In this document: positions 18,906 to 33,000 of the stretch, in pieces | Layout: each line of letters begins with the position of its first letter | How positions within the stretch are numbered: the stretch's first letter is position 1 | Assembly: GCF_009914755.1 (NCBI RefSeq) | Contig: NC_060927.1 | Source of the DNA: the human T2T-CHM13v2.0 reference genome, Homo sapiens | DNA length: 64,000 bases | Reading direction: 5' to 3' (one strand) | Position numbers and translations under genes: made by a program | Notes under the pieces: model-generated | Told to the model about the DNA's origin: nothing | What the model saw: the letters and a program-made list of their open reading frames with translations, nothing else | Database searches by the model: none

Positions 18906-18968
18906 CTCAAGTTCAGTCTCCCGTCTGTTGATATCATCCGTGGACTGATTTAACTTCTCCAGTTCTCC
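18906..18968 (-). CDS. SH3BP5: SH3BP5 coding exon 2, 63 nt, GELEKLNQSTDDINRRETELE
   Basis: Polypyrimidine tract and acceptor ttttcttcaccag|GGA, donor GAG|gtacag. It continues exon 1 in frame (DPRIQ-GELEKLN), matching SH3BP5. Too short to appear in the ORF track. Confidence 0.95.
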
Positions 18969-20672
18969 CTGGTGAAGAAAAGAGGGAGAAAAAAAGACTT
19001 AAGGGATCCGTCTTTTGTTTCCAATATAACTCAGTCCATAACCTGAAAAATTACCCCAGCCCAATTTGCAGGAAAAGGGAAGAATCAGAATTAATTCTTA
19101 CGGCAAACAGTTGAGGCTTGACTAGAAAAGCAAATGAATGTCGGCATTTCTGAAACCATTTTCTTGAGGGTGTCCCTTTTGACAATGTCTTCAGAGACAT
19201 TTGGAATTTGTCAGAGGTCAACTATTCCAGGTACATGCCTTCAGGTAAACCCCACCTGTTACAAATGGTTTAATGGCCTAATCAAAACAGTACCATCTGC
19301 CTTGAGCAAGAACTTTGCTTAGAAAACAATAAAAGACAATAAGCAAGGCCAAGCCAAAAATATAAACCCAGTGAAATCATCAAGGGCAGAATTCTGGTAT
19401 TAACTCACCAGAATTATTTTTCTGTAAAGGGTGAAAATCTTTTCACACTGCCAATTATTCAACCTACTTAGCTGGACGTTTTAAACTAGCTTTAATCCCA
19501 TTCCTTTCAATAAACATTTACAAACTGACATTTTGTAAAAAAAGTATCCAACATGAACTTAACTCATCATTACTATGCAAACAAAGGATCTTGCTAACAT
19601 AATCCCATACCAGTAACACACGATTTATTCCAAACCAATTACTTTAATTAATAGCATTCCTAATGCAAGGATTTTTTTTCCACCTGATCTTTATCTTGCT
19701 AAGCTGACAAAACAATTCATTTAAACCCCAACCACTGAGTTAAGTGAGCTTTTAAATTGATCTGTGCACTAAAAAACCAATTAGGTATCCAGAAATTACA
19801 GAGCATGCTTAAAAGCAATTTTTTTAAAAAAATGATTTATTGAAAAGGTAGAAAAAAAACGGGCCTTAGAAAGGGATTTGCTCTGCTTTTTGCTTAGGGG
19901 TGAAGAGGTGAAACTGTCACTCCTAGATCTCAGCTTGGAAATTGTTTTTTAATCATCTCTCTTGGAAATGGAGGCACAGCCAGCCAGCCCAATCCCCTCG
20001 CCGCCTCCACGCGTCAGCTTTGCGCATCAGTTGTCCCCGATTTCTTTTCATGCCCAACCTCACAACAAGGAAAAGCAGGGTTTTAAGCAATTTCAAGCCA
20101 GGCAGAACGTTGAGCCAGTGATGACAATAAGCCGCTCAGTTCGCTAACAATCAATCAGAGAAGGAAAACGGCTCAGGCCGGGCACCTTGGCAAGTGAGGA
20201 CTCTGCACCCGGGGCACCGGTGCCAGCCCGCGCTGCAGGGCAACGCCCACCCGCCCACGGTGCCCGGCGCCCACGCGGGCGACACCTCCTCGCAGAGCCT
20301 GGACGCCGTGCCATGCCCGCGGTGCCGCGGCCGGGCAGGGGTACCCCCGAGGATACCATGGCGCCCCCGCCCCCTTTTTCCCTTTGTTGCACATCCACCC
20401 GAACCACCAGGCACGCTGCACCGACCCCGATCCTGCTACGGGTCGGCGGGGGACTCCCCGCAATAGAGTCAGGCCGCATCCACGCGGGCACTGTAGCCTC
20501 CTCATTGTGGAGACGATGAAACGGAGCATACAGACCGTCTCCTGCCACCCTATGTGGCCGCCAGTCCCCGGACCACAGTTACTGGGGGCTGCGAAGTGGC
20601 TGTACGCGTAGACACCGACCTCCGTAGCAGCCCTCGCGAAGCCCGGATGCGGGGCGACCCCGCGCGCCCTAC
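18969..20672 (-). other. SH3BP5: SH3BP5 intron 1 (1704 bp, GT-AG, no Alu)
   Basis: Bounded by the donor and acceptor sites identified for exons 1 and 2. Confidence 0.93.
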
Positions 20673-21330
20673 CTGGATCCGGGGATCCACCTCTTCTTCC
20701 TCCTCCAGCCCCTGCTCCATCCCCTCTTCCTCCTCCTCCTCCTCGTCCCGGGCAGGCGGCAGGATTTCGGCTGGCTCCTCCGAGCGGCTCCGCTTCAGTG
20801 CCGCGTCCATGCAGGCAGCCGGCACGCGCGCCGCGCAGTGGGCTCCGGAGCGCCCCGGGGGTCGCGGCTGCCACAGGCTGGGCTGGAGCCGCCTCGCCAC
20901 AGCCGGGCACGGTCGGGGAGCCGCCGGGGCCGACACCCGGGAGATGCAGCTCGCCGATGCGGATACCTCCGGCCGCGGCGGAGCAGAGGAAATGGGCGCG
21001 GCCGCCCCCTTTCTGCCGCGGCAGTCAGCGCAGCGCCCGCTCCGCCCCCGTCCCGCCCCGGCCTCGCGTTCCGCCGCCAGTCCCAGCTATCCAGGTCTCC
21101 GTCGCAAAACCCCAGCTCCCTCCACATCTCCAAGGTGGCAAAATAGGACAGCCCCCACCCCCTTGTAACTTAGCAGCTCGGATATATCTCAACTACGTAA
21201 CGCAAGCCTCCCGCTTTCGGGAGTCCCCTCCTCCAGCCCTCCTCCGAGGCTCGTTGTTTGTGTGGTAGGGAGGCGTGGGTGTTTTCACACTGAAGTCGCC
21301 TTCTGAAGCCTACGCTCAGTGACCCTGGCC
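20170..21330. promoter_or_regulatory. SH3BP5: CpG island / SH3BP5 main promoter and 5'UTR with GC boxes
   Basis: Very GC- and CpG-rich block spanning exon 1. CCGCCC (Sp/KLF) boxes at ~21042-21059. No obvious TATA box. Confidence 0.9.
20673..20810 (-). CDS. SH3BP5: SH3BP5 (Sab; Rab11 GEF / JNK-binding) coding exon 1, 46 aa MDAALKRSRSEEPAEILPPARDEEEEEEEGMEQGLEEEEEVDPRIQ
   Basis: ATG at 20810-20808. The peptide matches the known SH3BP5 N-terminus. The exon ends in phase 0 at donor CAG|GTAGGG (intron starts at 20672) and lies in a CpG island. Confidence 0.96.
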
Positions 21331-22234
21331 CTCAGGACCAAGACTTGCCGAAACCCTATACCCAAAGCACACTCATCCTCTTGAGCGAACCTTGGGAATG
21401 GCGGAGGTTCCGTGCACTGATGCATTGCCGAAGGCTGCGGCCTCTCTGGGCGAGCCCCATACCGAAACACAGAGGTGCGGCGGTCCTACCTGAATAGCCA
21501 GGAGCATGGAGAATGCATTGAGCTGGGATTTAAGGAGGTGGCAAGTGTAACCCCTGTTGATGGGCACACTCTGGCCAAGAATTTATGAATTAGTGAGACT
21601 TTCTGCCCACCATCAACAAGTAGGGAGACAGAGTTGGCCTGGCAGACACAGCATCCGAAAAGGCCAAACTGAAGAGGCACGTGTGTGTGCTTTTATGAAA
21701 TGTCAGGGCCACTGTGATGTCAGGGGAACGCAAAGGATGACCTTGGCAAAGCAGATGAGCACATGGCTGCTCACGTCTCCTTGCCTTGAGAAATGCAGAA
21801 CGTGCACATGTCCTACACGGAGGCCTGTAGCCCATCGGCTCTGAGTTTGGAGGACAAATTTGCTTGAGAAAGGAGCTTCTTTCTGAGAACCTATCATCAA
21901 AGCCACCTTACAAAACCTGGGTCTGGCACAACGTGGTGGCTCGTATCTGTAATCCCAGCTCTTTGAGATGCCAGGACACAAGGATCACTTGAGGCCAGGA
22001 GTTCAACACCAGCCTGGACAATACAGCCAGACCCCTTCTCAAATGAATAAATAGTCCTGCTCCTGGTGGTTTTATCAGAAACTAGGCTAGAGGGTTACTC
22101 CTTGGGCAAGGCACCACCCCATACACGCTGGCACTGTAGTCCACTGTCAAAGGAAATTTGTCCTGTCTCCTGGAGGTAGTGCCATGGTTTGTTTCTAAAA
22201 AGGTCAGACCTGTTCATTGCTCTTTAAATCAAGG

Positions 22235-22248
22235 ATGAGTCAGCAATT
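22235..22248 (+). promoter_or_regulatory. Consensus ARE / CNC-sMaf (NRF2/BACH1) site with embedded AP-1
   Basis: ATGAGTCAGCAATT matches RTGASTCAGCAWWW. It lies in unique sequence ~1.2 kb upstream of the promoter. Motif match only. Confidence 0.4.
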
Positions 22249-22730
22249 CTGTGAGAGGTGCTTCAAAGCTCCTTGCTAAAGACATAGTTGCTTTTGGTTT
22301 TCCAATGATAGATGAAGCCAGGAACAAGATAGCCATAGGGGTCACTTTGGAACACAGGAGCCACCAACCTTCTCTGGTGGCTTGGAATTGAGCCTCCAAC
22401 TTTGCAGGTACATCCTAGCTCTGAATGAACTGAGAGACAGAGTTTGAAATAAACAGAACTCTGGGGTCAGCCCTGACTATGATAAATGCTTCTCAGCTAG
22501 CAGAACCCTATCCTCTCCATTCTAAATGGCAAACTCCAAACTACATTCCTGCTTAAGCTTAGGTCAAGAGCAAAATACATCTATGAGACATAGGCCAACT
22601 GCTCAAGAACATCAGTTCAGACTTTTGTTGTCTTATTTTTTGGAGATCTGGGCCAGCTATAGTGTTAATCCTAATAGTCTTTCTAAAGATAAAATGAGAA
22701 AAATAAATAAACCACAGGCAGTACTATATA

Positions 22731-24141
<1,411 letters not shown>

Positions 24142-24394
24142 TATATATTCCCTATTGGCACATATGTAGTGCACATAAATGCATAGCAAAAGGCCTGGAA
24201 GGATTTATACCCAGTAAAGAGTGGCTACCTCTGGGAAAAAGGGAGCAGGGCGTGGCCTAGGATTGTCTGGGATGGGGGCAGGGGATCAAAGGAATGTTAG
24301 TTTCTCAGTAATGTTTTTATTTTTCACAAGGAAGATATGTTTATGATTGTTTTGTGGAATTTAAAGATAAATTTAAAATAATGCATACTGGTCA

Positions 24395-24535
<141 letters not shown>

Positions 24536-27500
24536 TCAAAAAAAAGAAAGAAAGAAATGAGAAAGCGTACCACATATACTTTTGGGGGAAAAGCACTCCA
24601 GAGACTGCAGCAGCATGTGCAAAGGTCCTGAGGTGGGAATATGCCTTGGGTGTTGGCAAAAAAGCAAGGAGATCCATGTGGGTAGGACAGAGACAGCCAG
24701 GGAGAGAGGGAGGGAGATGAAATCAGAGGCAAGCATGTGGGTAGGCCACGGAGATGCTTTAGGTCATGGTAAGGAATTTGGATTTTGTTCTGAGTGAGTG
24801 CTCCTGTAATAACTCTGGCTAGTGTATAAGAAATTGACTCGGTGGACATTGAGGAGCTAGGGTCAGAGGAGACAAAGGAGATCCATTAGCCTGATGATCA
24901 GCCTCTTCTGATTGCTTCTGTTTTTTCAGCAAAGTAATGAGCCACATCATCAGCTGAGAATGAGGGGATGTGGGGCAGAGGGCAATGGAGGTTGGAGGAG
25001 AGAGGCTTTGTGAAAGAGCTTGCAGGGACAGTTGGTGACTGAGTTGACCATGGGAATATATTATAATCGCCAGGTTGCGCTGAGGACCCACCTATGGTTT
25101 GAGAGTCCCAGTGAACCCAGTCAGCAAGGACGAGTGGATTTTCCTATAGTATAGTCTCCAAATCATTCCCATCTTTCTAACCCTTGATTCAGGGCTTCAT
25201 CATGGCTCCCTAGACTCTTTTACAGTCCCTCACCCTCTTATGTCCACACTTCCCATTTGATCTAGCTTAGATTCCATTGTCCATCATTAAAATCACCACA
25301 CTACAGTCAACCACAACTCCCTCACGCTTCTCCCCGACCACTGTAAGCACTTGGCATAATCCCAACCCTGGTTCAATCCCACAGTCTTACTACTTTTTAC
25401 CTGTACTTAGTAGCTAAGCTAAAGTGCTGGAATTATAGGCGTGAGCCACCACACTCAGCCAAAGAGTTGGGGTTTTTTTTAGTTTAGTTTTTTTTTTTTT
25501 TTTTTTTTTTAGGACAGAGTCGCGCTATGTCACCCAGGCTGGAGTGCGGTGGTGTTAGCTCACTGCAACCTCCGCCTCCTGGGTTCAAGCTATTCTCCTG
25601 CCTCAGCCTCCTGTGTAGCTGGGATTATAGGCGCCTGCCACCACACCCAGCTAATATTTATATTTTTAGTAGAGATGAAGTTTCACCATGTTGGCCAGGC
25701 TGGTCTTGAACTCCTGATCCACCCACCTCAGCCTCCCAAAGTGCTGGGATTACAGGCGAGAGCCACCGTGCCCGGCCAAGAGTTTTTATTTAATGTTTTT
25801 AAACTGAAGTTTGCAAGTGAAAGTGATCAACAACATTAATTCATTTGTATTTTTGTTCTGTTTTTTGTTTTTAGATCTAGATCTGCAGAAAGCAACATTA
25901 ATTCAGTACACTTTTCAGCCCCTACTATATGCATACACTATTTCTGGGGCCAGTTTGAGGGTCCCAAACATGTAGATGACAAATTCCTAGTCCTTTACTT
26001 GGGGAGACAGGCCCTCATGAAACCTGGGCCCCAGGCCAGGTCTCACACCTGTAATCCCAGCACTTTGAGAGGCCAAGGGAGGAGGATCGCTTGAGGCCAG
26101 GAGTTCAAGACCAGCCTGGGCAACATAGTAAGAGCCTCCCCACATCTCTACCAAAAAAAAATTTTTAATTAGCGGAGTGTGGTGGTGTGTACCTATAGTC
26201 CTAACTACCCAGGAGGGTGAGGCAGGAGGATCCCCTGAGCCCAGGAGCTCGAGGCTGCAGTGAACTAAGGAAGTGCCATGGCACTATAGCCTGGGTGACA
26301 GAGTGAGACCCTGACTCAAAAAAAAAAAAAAAAAAAAAAAAGTGCCCCAAAGCAGCAGCCAAGTCAATCCCTCATTGTGAAGTTAAGACCCTTTCTGTCA
26401 AATTTCAATGCCATTTAAATTAAGATTCCTTGCAATGCCAATTTTTTTTTTTAATGCTTTGTGAGCTAGGCGTGCTGGCCCACATCTGTAATCCCAGCAC
26501 TTTGGGAGGCCAATGTGGGAGGACTGCTTGAAGCCAGGAGTTCAACACCAGCCTGGGCAACATAGCAAGACCCCATGTCTACCAAAAAATACAAAAACTA
26601 GCTAGGTGTGGTGGTGTGCACCTGTAGTCCTAACTACTCCAGAGGCTGAGATGGGAGGATTGCTTGCACCCAGGAGGTTGAGGCTGAAGTGAACCAAGAC
26701 TACACTACTGCATTCCAGCCTGGACAACAGATAGGGACCCTGTTTCTAAATAAATACATTAAATTAAATTAAATGCTTCGTAACTACCTGTTAACTCCTA
26801 GAACAGAAACTGCTGTCTGGACTAAGAATGAATCTGCATTCACATCACACTCTGGTGTCAATATCGGAAGAAACTGACAACTAGCATCCCCTCTTTCTCC
26901 ACCAGTGATATTTACGTGGCACTTTAGGTCAGAGGCTGCAAACTGGAAGCGACTGGTGGGATCAGGCCTGGGGTATGTGCTGCCTGGCTGACATAGCCTT
27001 TATAAATTTGAGCCAACAGTTAAAACTAACATGAAGGAGGCTTGCAGCAGTGTGGGGTGGGGAGGGACTCATGCATGGGTGCGCAGCCACCACACCCCAC
27101 CCCCATCCCTTGCACTAGCAAGGTCCCCCGAAAAAAAAAAAACCTAAACATGAAAACAGTGACCTAATATGAAAATGCAGACATCTCTGATTGGCAAGAG
27201 TGTGGAGAAGATGTGAGGAGTGGCTGGCTGGCCCCTTTAGGATGGCATGTAGTCTCAAATTAACCTCAGAACCCTATTGGCAGACCACTTACACCTGGCA
27301 GGCCACACACAGGTAAATGTCTGACCTCTCCCCAGAGCCCTCATGGTAAGGTGTTGCAGGAAAGCTGGCTCGTAGGTCTTCCTGCCAAATCTCTCTTCTC
27401 TTCCCAGCGACCCCTAAGGATCATGGCACATAGCAAGGTGGAAGAGAATTTTAAGGTAGACCATAAACCCTTCAACAATATTTTTTAACCCCAAATGACT

Positions 27501-27772
27501 GGTTCTAAGAATTCAAGAGTCTATAGAAGCCAGTTCTTTGAAAGGGATCAGAGCCTCCACATTAAAGAGGCATCTGTTTAATTTAGCGATTCAGTGACAT
27601 CAGTGTGTTGCCAAATTGTCTTCCAATGTGGCCACTCCCCTCTAATGAGAACCTTTATTTGTGTCTAAATTGAATTAAACTTGTCTCTTGACCCAGATGA
27701 ATTACAGGCCACAGCACCTAGAGAATCCAGGAAAGAGATTTTCAGTGTATATCTGTAGTCTTACAGGACCTA

Positions 27773-28254
<482 letters not shown>

Positions 28255-29295
28255 AAAAATTAAAAAAAAAAAGAAGAAGAAAGATCCTATTGAAGTGACG
28301 GCCTTTGCTAAAAAAAGGGGGGAAAAAGAAGAAAGAAAGTTCTATACCCTGCAAATCAATGAGCATAACATTTTGCAGACACTATTCTAGAATGGGATTT
28401 TAAGGAGGAGAGAATACTTCTGTGTCCCGAGAAGAAAAATGACTCATCACCATGACCCAGCTTGGGTTAACCAAGAACAAATCATCTCAGCACAGCCCTC
28501 ACTTCCTTATCCATGGCTTATTAGTCTAGGAAATCTAAGGAAGGAAATAGGCAAGATAGACAAAGATAAATGGTACAGGAAAAGGCCACTTAAATAAATC
28601 CACTTATAAAGGAAGCCAAAATTCCATATTAAAATGGTGAAGAAAGGTATTTATTAGGACTTTACTCTGGAAGATAAAACTTAAAATAATGTTAAGAAAT
28701 TTTTCTTGTATTTTAAAAATACAAGAAATATTTATTTATCTGACAAGTATTTATTGGCCATCTATTATGTGACAGCCTCTGGCAAGTGAAAATATGACAG
28801 TGAACAAAGGAGACAAAGCATCTGCTCTAGTGGAGCTTATAGTCCAAGGGAAGACAGACAAATGGTTAAATACATAAAAAAGCAACATAGGCCGGCATGG
28901 TGGCTCACACCTGTAATCCCAACACTTTGGGATCACCTGAGATCAGGAGTTTGAGACCAACCTGGCCAACATGGCGAAACCCCGTCTCTACTAAAAATAC
29001 AAAAATTAGCCAGGCGTGGTGGCAGGCACCTGTAATCCCAGCTACTCAGGAGGCCGAATTGGGAGAATCACTTGAACTCCATAGGCGGAGGTTGCAGTAA
29101 GCCAAGATCGCGCCACTGTACTGCAGCCTGGGTGACAGGAGAGAAACCCTGTCTCAAAAAATAAAAAAAAAATAGGCCAGGTGCAGTGGCTCACACCTGT
29201 AATCCTAGCACTTTGGGAAGCTGAGGCGGGCGGATCACCTGAGGTTGGGAGTTCAAAACCAGCCTGGCCAACATGGAGAAACCTCGTCTTTACTA

Positions 29296-29454
<159 letters not shown>

Positions 29455-29626
29455 TCAAAAAATAATAAATAAATAAATAAACAATAAAATAAAACCTATT
29501 ATAAAAAGGCTGCTATAAAAGCACTTTTATAAACCTAAACTCTTCCCTGGGGCCTCCCAGGCCCCACCTCATCTGACTTGTGCCCACATCTCACACCTCC
29601 TCTCACCGCCCCTCCTCCTCGCTCAC

Positions 29627-29800
29627 CCTCTGGCACCACATGGGCTGTCAGCTGGCTCTGTCCTCAGGGCTTCTGCTGTCTGCATCGCTATCTCCTCCAG
29701 GGCACGGCTGCCTGACTCCTTCTCATCATCCACATCTCAGCCCAAATGTCACATCCATAGCAAGGCCTTCTCCAACTCCCATCTGGAACAGTTTGTCCTC
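29627..29800 (-). other. SH3BP5: Candidate upstream alternative first exon of SH3BP5 (L2-derived)
   Basis: Consensus donor GAGG|GTGAGC at 29627/29626 on the minus strand. I recall an SH3BP5 transcript variant starting ~9 kb upstream of the main exon 1, which would fall here. The 5' boundary is uncertain. Confidence 0.45.
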
Positions 29801-29809
29801 CAGCCCTCT

Positions 29810-30163
29810 CTATATAGTTTGGCTGTATCCCCACCCAAATCTCATCTTGAATTGTGTCATGGGAGGGACCTGGTGGGAAGTGATTGGATCATGGGGGCAG
29901 TTTCCTCCATCCTGTTCTCGTGATAATGAATGAGTTCTCACAAGATCTGATAGTTCATAAGTGTCTGGCATTTCCCCTGCTTGCACTCACTCTGTCCTGC
30001 CACCCTGTGAAGAAGGTGCCTGCTTCTCCTTTGCCTTCCAGCATGATTGTAAGTCTCCTGAGGCCTCCCCAGCAATGCAGAACTGTCAGTCAATTCAACT
30101 TCTTTCCTTTAATTACCCAGGTTCAGGTATTTCTTCATAACAGTGTGAGAATGGATTAATATT
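29810..30163 (+). mobile_element. THE1 (THE1C/D-like) solo LTR inserted in an L2
   Basis: Matches the THE1 consensus (GTTTGGCTGT.TCCCCACCCAAATCTCATCTTGAATTGT...TAATA). TSD CCTCT at 29805-29809 and 30164-30168. Confidence 0.88.
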
Positions 30164-30261
30164 CCTCTCTATCTCATTACCCTGTTTTGTTTTCTTCATA
30201 GCAATTATCTTTATCACTAGCTAGTCTATTTTGCTTTTTAATTTTTATTTTTTATTTTTAA

Positions 30262-30387
<126 letters not shown>

Positions 30388-32941
30388 TAATAGGTTTTAT
30401 AATAAGTTTTTACAGTTATTATAAAAGTGATGGGAAGCACTGAAGGGACTGAATTCAAAGAATGACACAGTCAGTATATTTGCTTCAGTGATCACTGGGG
30501 CTGCTGTGTGGACATGAAATGGCCATGAAGGCAAGAGCAGGAGTAGGGATACAGGTCAGGAGGCTGTCCCAGGGGCCCTAGTGAGAGACGTGGCTGCCTG
30601 GGCTTGGGGTCCGATGGTAGTGGGGAGATGGACTGGAGTTGATTTAGGTTATATTTGGAAATTAGCTCCAACAAAACTTGCAATTCCATCCGATGTGGGG
30701 GCAGAGGGGGCAGAGGCAGAGACATCAAGAATAACTCAAAATTTTGACTTGAGCAAGCAGCTGACTGAAGCTGCCATTTACAGAGTGAGGTATGGGAGAC
30801 TTAAGAAACAGTTTTGCAATCAAGAAGCCTGTTTTCAGGCACCCAAGTCTGACAGGCTATTAAACACTCAAGTGGAGATGTGAAGTAGACAGTAGGATAG
30901 ACGTCTGAAGCTCAGGGGACAGGCCAAGACTGCAGATATAAATTTAAGAGTCGACTGCATGTAGATGATATTTAAAGCCAAGGGACTGAATGAGATCAAG
31001 GGACTGAAATCACTTAGAATAGGGGAGATGTGGAGGAAAAGAGGACCAGGACACAGCTCTGGGGCGTCCCAACATTTAGAGATTGAGACTTGGAGGGGAA
31101 GCCAGGCAAGAGGACACCAGCCAGCTGATTCTTAAAATAACAATAATCACAAAAATGAATCAATCAACTGTTGAGGAATTTTTTGCATATGTTTTTCTGG
31201 TAAAATTATATGATCATATAATAAAAAATTGGTCGATTCAGATTTGACTTTCACAGCACAATCATTAACAGTGTAATTTTGGCAAAAATAGCTGAGGTCT
31301 TTGTTAATTTTCCCAGGTGTCTCTCTTACCTCTTTGATATTCAAATCATTCTCATTTGAAGTATCTTTTTGGTCCTTATCCTCATAGATTTTTCTCTCAT
31401 CTAATGCTGCTGTTTCCTCATATGTCAATGGCTTAGCAAATGATTAGGGCAGTTCCCCAAAATTGCTTTCCTAATCTTTTTAAAACCTTATTTTGCAAGA
31501 CTGACAGTTTCACTTTGCCATCAATTTTTATGTAATTTATGTTGGCATTGTGCTGTTGTAACCTGACAACTATAGAGGAAATAATGGACAAAGACTGTGA
31601 CACAATGGGCAGCGGTGGAAGCTTGGTTTTGAAAGGAATGGATATGTAGTCAGTTTATGAGTGATTAATTTTGTGTCACAATGATGTTAGCTGTCTATAG
31701 TGGAGATAACTAGCTGTCCACCAAATCCATTCTCCCCTTCCTTAAGCAATAAAATCAACAGCATTTCCCTACCTACCATTTGGCTAGGTGTGGCTTTGTG
31801 ACAAAGTGAACAGCAGTGACATGCCACTTTCATGCCTGTCTGACAAAAATTGCCTACATGTGCTCCTTTGTGTGTTTTCCTCTTCTTTGACTGGATGCAG
31901 ATGACAGTGAGGGCCCTGGAGAATGACAGATTTACAAGATGGAGACAACCTGGATCCCTGAGTGACTGCATGGAGGATAGCACCCCCACCAACTTGAGTA
32001 CCCTGATTTCTTGTTACCTGTGCGAGAAATAACATTCCATCATTAGAGTCATTAAACATTTGAGTCTATTTGTTACGGTGGCTCGGTCTATCCTAAAGGA
32101 CACACTGCTCTACTTAACTTCAGGAACGGGATAATGAATACTCAATAATGAGGAGCCCCTTATATATTTCAGCAAGATATTTATTACTTCATGTAGACTA
32201 CACTATTACTTTGTGTAGACAAGGCTGAGAAACAAGGATGGTTGCTGACCTAGGTCAGAGAAGTAGTACTGACTGAAAAACCAAACCTAAAGGTTAATGA
32301 ATCACTGTCCAACCATATATATTCCTTTGGGCTTTATTATCAGTTCTGTCCTTTTCAACATTTGTAGTAATGACTTGGATGAATATAAAGAATGCTCACT
32401 TCCCAAGCTTGCAAAATCCACCCTGGATTGGACAATCGTGATTCACAAATATCTTGGCGTTTTATTTGCATTGTGTTGTTGTATCCTAACAACTATGGAG
32501 AGAATAATGAATAAAAACTTTGACCCAATGGGCAGGGGACAGAAGCTTGGCTTTAAAAGGGAAAGGTGATTGCGCCACTGCACTCCAGCCTGGGCGACAG
32601 AGCAAGACTCCGTCTCAAAAAAAAAGGGAAAGGTGGTGCACAAAACTGAAGATGGTAAAGATCACTGGAGTAAACTGTAAGGTCCTGAGCTTAGTTTGAA
32701 ATAAATTAGAACAAGATAGAGAAGACATGGCTTAAAGCAGCACATTTTTTAAAAGTTAGACATTTTAGAACGCATTTCTACAAGCATTGTGCCTATAATA
32801 AAAAGGTGATAATCTCGTGTTTTTCTGCCTGTGAGGGGGGACCTCCCTCTTGATATTTTGTTGTCAAATGCTACACAATACATGAAATGTGCTCAGAGGA
32901 GAGTGCTCAGAACTGAGAAGCCTCAGGAAGATGGATTTGGG

Positions 32942-32955
32942 GTGTGTGTGTGTGT

Positions 32956-32993
<38 letters not shown>

Positions 32994-33000
32994 CTGTGTG
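32942..33000. repeat. Interrupted (GT)n microsatellite at an Alu tail
   Basis: ~59 bp GT/AT alternation directly preceding a minus-strand Alu. Confidence 0.95.

Noticed and set aside
18906-18968. Alu-driven circRNA of exon 2 alone
   Set aside because: Intron 1 has no Alu to pair with the intron 2 Alus, and the exon is very short.
20173-21268. Long overlapping ORFs (245 aa -, 204 aa +, 156 aa +) over the CpG island
   Set aside because: Stop-codon scarcity in GC-rich DNA; low-complexity Arg/Pro/Gly/Ala products. Only the SH3BP5 frame is recognisable.
22201-22216. AGGTCA-N4-TGTTCA nuclear-receptor-like element
   Set aside because: The second half-site is imperfect, and such matches are expected by chance.
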